32,000 nucleotides of DNA, from contig NZ_CP065936.1 in NCBI RefSeq assembly GCF_003367075.2, positions 930,001 to 962,000 on the forward strand, in the 5' to 3' direction. This DNA is from Cylindrospermopsis raciborskii Cr2010. Lineage in GTDB: Bacteria > Cyanobacteriota > Cyanobacteriia > Cyanobacteriales > Nostocaceae. Of the stretch, positions 24,767 through 32,000 are shown one piece after another. The position numbers were made by a program, and so were the translations under genes. The notes below the pieces were generated by a model, which was given only the letters and a program-made list of their open reading frames with translations, did no database searches and was not told the DNA's origin. Within the stretch, counting starts at the first letter, position 1. Each line of letters opens with the position of its first letter.

Positions 24767-26296
24767 ATGAGCATGACAAGAATAAGATCAAAACGCCTCC
24801 GGCGTAAGCGGGGCTCTGCCCTTCGACTGAGTTTTCCATGGCTATCAGCAGGAAACCTGGCTCCTATTGGGCGTGCTTGTATAACTGTCGCTATGCTAAT
24901 TGTAATTAGCTGGGGCTATGCAGCTGTTGCAGCTGACCCACCTAAGCTAGAAGACATTGCTAAACAGTCCGCTGATCTCAAAGTTGGCATTGACACCATG
25001 TGGGTGATGTTTGCCGGGATGCTAGTATTTTTTATGAATGCTGGTTTTGGTATGTTAGAAACGGGGTTATGTCGTCAGAAAAACGCCGTTAATGTACTGG
25101 CAAAAAACCTAATTGTATTTGCCCTTTCTACAGTAGCTTTCTGGGCCATTGGATTTGGCCTGATGTTCAGTGATGGTAACCCCTTCATAGGTTTTGGTGG
25201 TTTATTTTTACAGGGAGCTGATAATAGCCCAGCCATGGGGGATGCATATAAGGGAATTTTCAGTTCCCTCAACTGGACTGGTGTTCCCTTAGGGGCCAAG
25301 TTCTTCTTCCAACTAGTGTTTGCAGGTACAGCGGCCACAATCGTATCCGGAGCAGTAGCAGAAAGAGTCAAATTTCTCAGCTTTCTCATCTTTAGTTTAC
25401 TCTTGGTTGGCTTGGCCTATCCCATTACAGGTCACTGGATCTGGGGCGGAGGATGGCTATACAAGCTGGGTTTCTGGGACTTTGCTGGCTCTACTGTGGT
25501 TCACTCCGTTGGAGGTTGGGCCGCTCTAGCGGGAGCCTTCTTGTTAGGGCCCAGAATTGGTCGCTACAATCCGGATGGTTCTGCTAATGCCATGCCCGGT
25601 CACAATATGAGTATTGCTACCCTTGGTTGTTTGATACTCTGGCTAGGTTGGTTTGGTTTCAACCCTGGATCTACTATGAGTGTATCAGATGGAACCGCTA
25701 TTGCCCACATTGCCTTAACTACCAATACAGCTGGTGCCTTTGGTGGTATAGCAGCAACCATTGCAGCTTGGGCATTTCTAGGTAAGCCTGACTTATCTAT
25801 GATTATTAATGGCATTCTGGCCGGACTGGTGGGAGTTACTGCTTCTTGTGCCTATATTAGTGTTCCCTCATCAGCTATTGTGGGTGCTATTGCTGGTGTT
25901 CTTGTAGTACAGGCGGTACCCTTCTTTGACAAACTAAAAATTGATGACCCGGTGGGAGCAGTTTCCGTACACCTATGTTGTGGTGTGTGGGGTACCTTAG
26001 CAGTGGGATTATTTGCCGAGGGAAATGTTTACTATCAGGGTGGTCCTACAGGGCTATTCTTTGGTGGTGGTATTGGACAACTGTGGACTCAATTTGTGGG
26101 TGTGCTAACCATAGGTTTGTTTACAGTTCTGATATCTGGCATTTTCTTCCTCGCACTCAAATATACTATGGGTATTCGAGTCAAAGAATCAGAGGAACTG
26201 GAAGGTCTGGATGTGGGTGAACACGGTATGGAAGCCTATTCCGGATTTGTGAAGGAAGCATCCTCTCCTGATTTGATTGGTTTTGGCAATCGCTAG
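24767..26296 (+). CDS. amt: Ammonium transporter (Amt family)
   Basis: 509 aa with Amt motifs [28 protein letters not shown] and [19 protein letters not shown]. The very basic N-terminal 40 aa precede a signal-peptide-like helix, so the exact start is uncertain. Confidence 0.95.
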   Translation: MSMTRIRSKRLRRKRGSALRLSFPWLSAGNLAPIGRACITVAMLIVISWGYAAVAADPPKLEDIAKQSADLKVGIDTMWVMFAGMLVFFMNAGFGMLETGLCRQKNAVNVLAKNLIVFALSTVAFWAIGFGLMFSDGNPFIGFGGLFLQGADNSPAMGDAYKGIFSSLNWTGVPLGAKFFFQLVFAGTAATIVSGAVAERVKFLSFLIFSLLLVGLAYPITGHWIWGGGWLYKLGFWDFAGSTVVHSVGGWAALAGAFLLGPRIGRYNPDGSANAMPGHNMSIATLGCLILWLGWFGFNPGSTMSVSDGTAIAHIALTTNTAGAFGGIAATIAAWAFLGKPDLSMIINGILAGLVGVTASCAYISVPSSAIVGAIAGVLVVQAVPFFDKLKIDDPVGAVSVHLCCGVWGTLAVGLFAEGNVYYQGGPTGLFFGGGIGQLWTQFVGVLTIGLFTVLISGIFFLALKYTMGIRVKESEELEGLDVGEHGMEAYSGFVKEASSPDLIGFGNR

Positions 26297-27045
26297 TCAA
26301 GGAACACCTTCTGGGGGGTGGTTGGGAATGGGATTTCACAAGCAGCAGCAATCAAAGATAAAGCAACTATGGGGGCAGTTGCTGCACGCAAAATGCGATC
26401 GCCTAGGGATACTGGCTGAAATTTAGCTAGGATGGCAGTGGCAATTTCTGTTTCTGTCCATCCACCCTCTGGACCTATGGCAACTACAATTTCTTTAATA
26501 CTTTTAAGCGGAAGATTAATTATATTGATTAAATGGGGATAGCTACCCCTGGCTTGGCATATATAACATTGAGAGTTAATATATTCACTTAGAGCAGCAT
26601 TAAAAACCACGGGTTCCAATATGGTGGGAACAAAAGCGCGTTCTGATTGCTCCGCAGCTTCAGCAGCTATACGTCGCCACCGTTCTAGTCTTTGAGGACT
26701 GGGATTTAATAAAGTGCGATCGCTCAAAACAGGTAAAATAGAGGATACGCCCAGTTCTGTGGAGTAGCGAACCACGTCATCAAAAGCATTGCCTTTGGGT
26801 AAGGCCAGCATGAGGGTTATAGATAGGGGTAACTCTGTTTTTGGTGTCAGGGGTTGTAAAATCTGTGCCGTATCTGCTGTTAATCTGGTCAACCACCATT
26901 TACCCATGCCATCCATAGAAATAAATTCATCCCCATCTTGTAGTCTTAATACTCGTAACAAGTAATGTTTTTGTTGAGGGGTTAAGAGAACTTGGTTTTG
27001 TTGTAGTTGGGATGCTTGAATGGTGAGACGTTGCAGTTGGGCCAT
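26293..27045 (-). CDS. rsmE: 16S rRNA (uracil1498-N3)-methyltransferase RsmE
   Basis: 250 aa with the N-terminal PUA-like region ([15 protein letters not shown]) and the C-terminal SPOUT motif [12 protein letters not shown]. The stop overlaps the amt stop within CTAG. Confidence 0.88.
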   Translation of the reverse strand: MAQLQRLTIQASQLQQNQVLLTPQQKHYLLRVLRLQDGDEFISMDGMGKWWLTRLTADTAQILQPLTPKTELPLSITLMLALPKGNAFDDVVRYSTELGVSSILPVLSDRTLLNPSPQRLERWRRIAAEAAEQSERAFVPTILEPVVFNAALSEYINSQCYICQARGSYPHLINIINLPLKSIKEIVVAIGPEGGWTETEIATAILAKFQPVSLGDRILRAATAPIVALSLIAAACEIPFPTTPQKVFLD

Positions 27046-27075
27046 AGTTTACAATTAAACAACTGGGATCTAAAA

Positions 27076-27423
27076 TCAGCAATTTACTACACTTTCAATT
27101 AGTTGCCATTTACGGTTATGTTCAACTTCTTGACGAACCTGGTCAAAGACTTGTCGGCAATGATTATCCAACTTTAATGGCAGTTCTTCACTCTTCACCA
27201 CAAGATTTATCCATGTTTCATTTTCCGTTTTGGATTTATCAACTAACACTTCTATAGCTACTAACTTAGAAAATGCCACCTTACCAGGGATCTCACTAGC
27301 CATAATATAGTCATGGGAGTAAAATTGAACCGAGAATCCGCAATCCTGCAGTAGTTGGATTATTAGCGAGTGTAAATATTCAGCTTTGACAGCTATGAGA
27401 AAGGAAGAGGTATAACGAGCCAT
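27076..27423 (-). CDS. Hypothetical protein (115 aa)
   Basis: It has a clean ATG and lies 30 nt upstream of rsmE on the same strand. I recognise no family. Confidence 0.55.
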   Translation of the reverse strand: MARYTSSFLIAVKAEYLHSLIIQLLQDCGFSVQFYSHDYIMASEIPGKVAFSKLVAIEVLVDKSKTENETWINLVVKSEELPLKLDNHCRQVFDQVRQEVEHNRKWQLIESVVNC

Positions 27424-27473
27424 ATTAGGTTTAAGTTTTTTGTAAAAGTAGATTCACAAGGTTGTTGATGGAG

Positions 27474-27512
27474 TTAAAAACAGGGGGGAACCCGAGCTTG
27501 AAAGGATTCCCC
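27474..27512 (-). terminator. Intrinsic terminator after the Rieske gene (minus strand)
   Basis: The minus-strand RNA reads GGGGAAUCC-uuucaagcuc-GGGUUCCCC, a 9-bp stem. One position is a G.U pair on this strand but a C.A mismatch on the other. CCUGUUUUUAA follows. The structure starts 9 nt after the stop at 27521. Confidence 0.65.
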
Positions 27513-27520
27513 ATCACCCA

Positions 27521-27874
27521 CTATTCTGGTATGTCGATCAAAACATGATCATTTTCCACACGCAGGGGAAACACGGGTAAATTTTTTTGTTGAGAGACCA
27601 TTCCCATTAACTTCCCAACTGCGGGAGGCCAAGGACACCAGGTTTTGACCTCCCCAGTAGCTAGGTCAAAAGCACTACGGTGAAATGAGCAAACAATTGT
27701 ACCATTTTCAATTTTTGCCGATTTCATTGGTACTTTAAGGTGGGGACAGCTATTTTCTACAGCATAATACTGGTTATCATGGTTCAACACCAATATATTT
27801 CTTTTTCCTACCTTTACCACTTCTCGACCTCCCGGTAGCAGGTCACTTGTTGCCAGAATTTTTTGCCACGCCAT
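27521..27874 (-). CDS. Rieske [2Fe-2S] domain protein (small, ferredoxin-like)
   Basis: 117 aa with the cluster ligand motifs CPH (SCPHLKVPM) and CxxH (CSFHRSAF). GGAG lies 8 nt upstream of the ATG. It is 29 nt downstream of the TPP-enzyme gene. Confidence 0.88.
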   Translation of the reverse strand: MAWQKILATSDLLPGGREVVKVGKRNILVLNHDNQYYAVENSCPHLKVPMKSAKIENGTIVCSFHRSAFDLATGEVKTWCPWPPAVGKLMGMVSQQKNLPVFPLRVENDHVLIDIPE

Positions 27875-27903
27875 TGTTTTCTCCCCTAGTGTTAAGATTC
27901 AGT

Positions 27904-29547
27904 TTAAAGGTCACAGTGTAAATCATTGGCTTTTTGGGTGAACCTACGATTTTCCCTATAGTCCACCCTACAATCTATCACGCTAGGAACATCTTGCACT
28001 AAGGCCTCTTTCAGGACGGGAATCAAATCAGTGGCTGAATCAACACGGTAACCCTTTAATCCCATGCTTTCTGCTAGTTTGACAAAGTCGGGATTGCCAA
28101 AATGCACAAAAGCTGCTTTACCCTTACCAAATTGATTTTCCTGTTTCCATTCGATTAGTCCATAGCCACCATCATTAAAAATTAGTGTGACAAACGGTGT
28201 GCCAACTCGCAATGCTGTTTCCAACTCTTGACAATTCATCATAAAACCGCCATCGCCGGTTACAGCCACAATTTTGCGGTTGGGATATACCAGCTTAGCC
28301 GCTAAAGCGCCGGGGATGGCAATTCCCATGGCCGCAAAACCATTGGATATAATACAAGTATTGGGACTATGACAATGGTAATGTCTAGCCATCCACATTT
28401 TGTGAGCCCCTACATCAGAAATAACAATGTCCTCTGGTCCCATGACCTGACGTAGATCATAAATTAATTTTTGTGGTTTAATAGGGAAACCATCATCCTG
28501 AGCATACTGTTCATAATCAGCTCGAATATTGCCCCTTAAACTAATAGCGTAAGGTTCCGGTTTACCATGTCTGTCAGCAATTTTTAAAATCTCATTTAGG
28601 GAATCAGAAATATCACCTATTACTTCTACCTGGGGAATATAACTACTATCAATTTCCGCTGCATCAGCTGCAATGTGAACAATGGGAATATTGCATTCCA
28701 TATTCCATTTTTTGGGAGAGAATTCAATTAAATCATAACCAATGGCTATGACCAAATCGGCGTGATCAAAACCGCAGGCAATAAAGTCTCTTTGTTGGAG
28801 TCCTACAGACCATAGGGCTAAAGGATGGGTGTAGGGGATGACACCTTTACCCATAAAAGTATTAACCACGGGAATATTCATTTGGGTGGCAAATTGGGTC
28901 ACAGCATCACTAGCTTGGGCGCGAATTGCCCCATTCCCTACTAAAATTATAGGGTTAATTGCCTGGGAAATCACCGCTGCTGCTGCACGAATACTGGCAA
29001 AAGCTGCGTAGGTTTTCTCTAGATTATCCTTTTGTAAGGGTTTACCTTCCGCTGGCATGGCCGCAATATTTTCCGGTAAATCGATGTGAACTGCTCCGGG
29101 TTTTTCTGTTTGCGATCGCTTGAAGGCTTTTCTGACTATTTCCGGTGTGATACTGGGTCTAACTATCTGTTTATTCCACTTAGTAACTGGAGCAAACATA
29201 GCCACTAAATCTAAATATTGGTGAGACTCAATGTGCATTCTATCTGTTCCCACCTGTCCGGTAATTGCCACTAATGGTGCGCCATCCAAGTTAGCATCCG
29301 CCACACCGGTCATGAGATTAGTAGCTCCAGGTCCTAGGGTAGAAAGACAGACCCCTGCTTTACCGGTTAATCTTCCATAAACGTCTGCCATGAATGCTGC
29401 GCCTTGTTCATGACGGGTGGTAATAAATTGAATAGAGGAGTTTTTGATAGCTTCTAAAACGTGAAGATTTTCTTCACCAGGTAAGCCAAAAACATACTCT
29501 ACACCTTCATTTTCTAAACACTTTACTAATAGTTCTGCTGTATTCAT
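27904..29547 (-). CDS. Thiamine-diphosphate enzyme of the acetolactate-synthase family; probably the cyanobacterial 2-oxoglutarate decarboxylase
   Basis: The N-terminal ALS-type domain starts MNTAELLVKCLENEGVEYVFGLPGEEN, and the ThDP motif reads GDGGFMMNCQELETA...LIFNDGGYG. It is adjacent to and downstream of an SSADH gene, as in the characterised Synechococcus PCC 7002 pair. The ORF is open to ATG 29580 (3 nt after the SSADH stop); ATG 29547, preceded by AAGGA, fits homologous N-termini better. Confidence 0.65.
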   Translation of the reverse strand: MNTAELLVKCLENEGVEYVFGLPGEENLHVLEAIKNSSIQFITTRHEQGAAFMADVYGRLTGKAGVCLSTLGPGATNLMTGVADANLDGAPLVAITGQVGTDRMHIESHQYLDLVAMFAPVTKWNKQIVRPSITPEIVRKAFKRSQTEKPGAVHIDLPENIAAMPAEGKPLQKDNLEKTYAAFASIRAAAAVISQAINPIILVGNGAIRAQASDAVTQFATQMNIPVVNTFMGKGVIPYTHPLALWSVGLQQRDFIACGFDHADLVIAIGYDLIEFSPKKWNMECNIPIVHIAADAAEIDSSYIPQVEVIGDISDSLNEILKIADRHGKPEPYAISLRGNIRADYEQYAQDDGFPIKPQKLIYDLRQVMGPEDIVISDVGAHKMWMARHYHCHSPNTCIISNGFAAMGIAIPGALAAKLVYPNRKIVAVTGDGGFMMNCQELETALRVGTPFVTLIFNDGGYGLIEWKQENQFGKGKAAFVHFGNPDFVKLAESMGLKGYRVDSATDLIPVLKEALVQDVPSVIDCRVDYRENRRFTQKANDLHCDL

Positions 29548-29583
29548 TGATTTTCCTTGAATTATATCACTACCAACCATTAA

Positions 29584-30966
29584 CTACTTAACCCAAACAG
29601 TCTTAATATTCACAAATTCGTGCATACCTTGAATACTTAATTCTCGACCATATCCAGAACGTTTAATTCCTCCAAATGGCAATCGGGGGTCTGATTTAAC
29701 CATGCCATTAATAAATACAGCTCCTGCTTCGATTTCTGTAATTAGCCGCTCCTGTTCTTGGAGATTATTTGTCCAAGCACTTGCACCTAATCCGAATGGT
29801 GTGTCATTAGCCAGTTTAATGGCTGCGTCTAGATCTGGAACTCGAAATAATAAGGCTACTGGACCAAAAAATTCTTCTTGAGCAATGGGATGATCTAGGG
29901 GAATATCTACAATAATAGTGGGTGGATAAAAGTTACCATGACCCTCTTTTATGGGATAACCACCTATAAGAATTTTACCTCCACTGGCTATGGCAATTTG
30001 CACTTGATTATCCAGGTCTGCCAAAATTTTGCTAGTTGCTAATGGTCCAATATCTGTGTCATCTGCTAAAGGATCTCCAATTTTCAAAGTTGCAAATTTT
30101 GCCAATAGCATTTCCTCAAATCTATCAGCTATAGCTTCAGCCACAATTAACCGTTTCGCCGCTATACATGACTGACCATTATTGATCAATCTTGCTGTAA
30201 CTGCGGTACTAACAGCTAATTCTAAATCCGCACTTTCTAACACTATGAATGGATCGCTTCCCCCTAATTCTAAAACAGTTTTTTTAATATGTTTACCAGA
30301 TGCAACTGCTAAGGACACACCCGCTGGTTCACTTCCCGTTAAGGTGGCAGCCTTAATGCGATTATCTCCCATTAAATCTGCTACTTGTGTGGCTGGAATT
30401 AATAAGGTTTGAAATACCCCTTGAGGAAAACCAGCACGATTAATAATCTCTTCTATAGATAGGGCGCATTGGGGAACATTAGATGCGTGTTTAAGTAATC
30501 CCACATTCCCCGCCATCAGCGCAGGTGCGGCAAACCGAAAAACTTGCCAAAAGGGAAAATTCCAGGGCATTACGGCTAGAATAACCCCCAATGGTTGATA
30601 TTTTACCAGACTGCGACTGGCATCGGTGCTAATACTCACGTCGGCCAAGAAGTTGGGTCCATGTTCGGCATAGTAGCGACAGACTAAAGCACATTTTTCC
30701 ACCTCAGCGATCGCAGATTTTAGAGTTTTACCCATTTCTAAGGTGATTAATTTCCCCAGATCGGTTTTTTCTCTTTCCAGAATATTGGCAGTTTCCAATA
30801 ACCAGTGCGATCGCTCTACAAAGTTTGTATGACGGTAATGTTGAAAAGTCTGACTTGCTAAATGCAGTTTAGCTTCAATTTCCTCATCTTTCAGAGGTAA
30901 AAAGACCTTGAGAGTTTCCCCAGTGGTAGGATTAATGGTAGCAATAGCCACTTCCTGACCTCCCAT
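29584..30966 (-). CDS. Succinate-semialdehyde dehydrogenase (aldehyde dehydrogenase family, YneI/Sad-like)
   Basis: 460 aa with ALDH motifs LELGGSDPFIVL, catalytic Cys in NNGQSCIAAKR and EEFFGPV. The C-terminal segment GGIKRSGYGRELSIQGMHEFVNIKTVWV closely resembles YneI-type SSADH. Confidence 0.8.
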   Translation of the reverse strand: MGGQEVAIATINPTTGETLKVFLPLKDEEIEAKLHLASQTFQHYRHTNFVERSHWLLETANILEREKTDLGKLITLEMGKTLKSAIAEVEKCALVCRYYAEHGPNFLADVSISTDASRSLVKYQPLGVILAVMPWNFPFWQVFRFAAPALMAGNVGLLKHASNVPQCALSIEEIINRAGFPQGVFQTLLIPATQVADLMGDNRIKAATLTGSEPAGVSLAVASGKHIKKTVLELGGSDPFIVLESADLELAVSTAVTARLINNGQSCIAAKRLIVAEAIADRFEEMLLAKFATLKIGDPLADDTDIGPLATSKILADLDNQVQIAIASGGKILIGGYPIKEGHGNFYPPTIIVDIPLDHPIAQEEFFGPVALLFRVPDLDAAIKLANDTPFGLGASAWTNNLQEQERLITEIEAGAVFINGMVKSDPRLPFGGIKRSGYGRELSIQGMHEFVNIKTVWVK

Positions 30967-31081
30967 AAAAAATTGCCTTAGGTTTTTTCTTAGTCTGACT
31001 TGACTCTATCACATAATCTAATATGGCAATTGAAAACTAGGAAACATTAATTAAAAATTTAAGTCTAGGTTTAAAAGAGAA

Positions 31082-31109
31082 ATGGTAGATCACAATTAGG
31101 AACTACCAT
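31082..31109 (-). terminator. Candidate terminator after the M23 peptidase gene (minus strand)
   Basis: A 7-bp stem ATGGTAG/CTACCAT encloses a 14-nt loop. The minus-strand tail reads UUCUCUUUUAA. The structure lies 48 nt after the stop at 31157. Confidence 0.4.
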
Positions 31110-31156
31110 ACATAAAACCTGATGGTTTGTTTAATATTAGAAGAATTTGCTTTTTG

Positions 31157-32000
31157 TCACTTCAAGTAATCTACGGGGTTCTTGGCAGTCCATCCCAAAT
31201 CCTCACTAGCACGAACTTCAAAGTGTAAATGTGGTTCCCTGGAACTGGGTTCTCCCGTAGCGCCTACAGTTCCCAACACTTGATTAATCTTAACTTGTTC
31301 ACCCAACTTTACTTTAATAGATTCTAACTGGGCATAACGGGTTTGCATTCCACCTTGATGGTTAATAATAACTAAGTTACCATAGCTACCTTGCTCCTTA
31401 GCAAAGACCACTACACCACTAGCAGTAGCGCGGACAGGAGTGCCCACTTCCGCTAATAAATCAATCCCACTGTGGAAAAAAACTTGATTAGTAATAGGAT
31501 GAATTTGCCAACCATAGGAAAAAGACACACCTGTAGAATTAGATATGGGCGATCCCATAGTGGTGACAGACCCAGCAGACCTAGATGCGGGTTTGACCTT
31601 GGATGAAGAGGGAACAAATACCACCGTAGGATTTTGTTGACAACCGTTCAGTTCAAATAGTGTATCTGGGCGAACCCTATACTTTTTAGCTATTTGTTGC
31701 CAACCCTGACCATTTGATACCTGCACCACCATGCCATCAAAAGGGGGAATTTGTAATTGAGTTCCTGGTGTAACCTGACCATTACTGATTAACGGATTCA
31801 TCTGTAAGATAGTAGCTGGCATTAGCTTATATCTCTCCGCTATAGTAACCAAGTTTTCACCTGGACTAACTTGATGTTTTTTAATGCGAGATAAAGCAGA
31901 AGTTGAACAATTTTCTACAGCACTGACACTTGGCAGGTTTAGGTTTGAGGGTATTAATGCCAAACTAGTGGTCAAGCCAAAAAGAAAAATTGAAGGACAG
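31157..32000 (-). CDS. LysM-domain M23 family metallopeptidase (5' end outside the window)
   Basis: Two LysM-like segments are present (VSPGENLVTIAERYKL..., GWQQIAKKYRVRPDTLFELNG). The M23 motifs are HSGIDL and PHLHFEV. The frame stays open to the window edge (...CPSIFLFGLTTSLALIP looks like a signal/TM segment), so TTG 31975 is probably not the true start. Confidence 0.88.
   Translation of the reverse strand, partial: CPSIFLFGLTTSLALIPSNLNLPSVSAVENCSTSALSRIKKHQVSPGENLVTIAERYKLMPATILQMNPLISNGQVTPGTQLQIPPFDGMVVQVSNGQGWQQIAKKYRVRPDTLFELNGCQQNPTVVFVPSSSKVKPASRSAGSVTTMGSPISNSTGVSFSYGWQIHPITNQVFFHSGIDLLAEVGTPVRATASGVVVFAKEQGSYGNLVIINHQGGMQTRYAQLESIKVKLGEQVKINQVLGTVGATGEPSSREPHLHFEVRASEDLGWTAKNPVDYLK

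Noticed and set aside
1-32000. Searches by eye for tRNA/rRNA genes, CRISPR arrays, heptameric STRR arrays (CCCCAGT, TTGGTCA, CAACAGT), and defence, toxin-antitoxin or phage gene clusters
   Set aside because: None was found. Only single non-tandem occurrences of STRR-like heptamers were seen, for example at 7279. All large ORFs are accounted for by housekeeping functions or the single IS.

Overview
This 32-kb window is AT-rich (roughly 40% G+C by eye) and comes from a cyanobacterial chromosome, most likely a filamentous Nostocales-type genome. The inference rests on 17 copies of the HIP1 octamer GCGATCGC, psaE, a long-form hpf/lrtA, an NtcA-type box upstream of an ammonium transporter, and a cyanobacterial TCA-bypass gene pair. 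About 30 protein-coding genes are present and nearly all are housekeeping. In order they are: the 3' end of a metal ABC substrate-binding protein, mraY, a DUF2996-like gene, the pyruvate dehydrogenase E2 gene, a YlqD-like gene, an aas-type acyl-activating enzyme, recQ, a pentapeptide-repeat protein, an HGSNAT-like membrane acyltransferase, bcp/prxQ, hpf, lipB, cobU, a SIMPL-domain protein, glmS, mutM, psaE, leuD, leuC, murQ, amt, rsmE, a Rieske protein, a 2-oxoglutarate-decarboxylase-type TPP enzyme, a succinic semialdehyde dehydrogenase, and a LysM/M23 peptidase that runs off the right edge. One mobile element is present: a ~1.14-kb IS (15110-16250) with ~28-bp imperfect terminal inverted repeats and a single DDE transposase, inserted between a hypothetical gene and cobU. 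I found no rRNA, tRNA, CRISPR array, prophage, or recognisable defence or toxin-antitoxin cassette. I also found no convincing novel multi-gene system; this looks like ordinary core genome. Five things are worth a second look. (1) A Rieske protein appears to be co-transcribed as a third gene of the SSADH/2-OGDC TCA-bypass operon. (2) Two tandem, mutually similar small single-TM ORFs lie in the 760-bp aas-recQ spacer, and the first has no canonical start unless a +1 frame change is assumed. (3) The right end of the IS forms an odd self-mimicking junction. (4) Two near-consensus promoters lie ~480-530 bp upstream of mraY with no ORF behind them. (5) Short (9-12 bp) tandem duplications recur just upstream of start codons. 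All functional calls come from reading the translations and from motif recall; no database search was possible.
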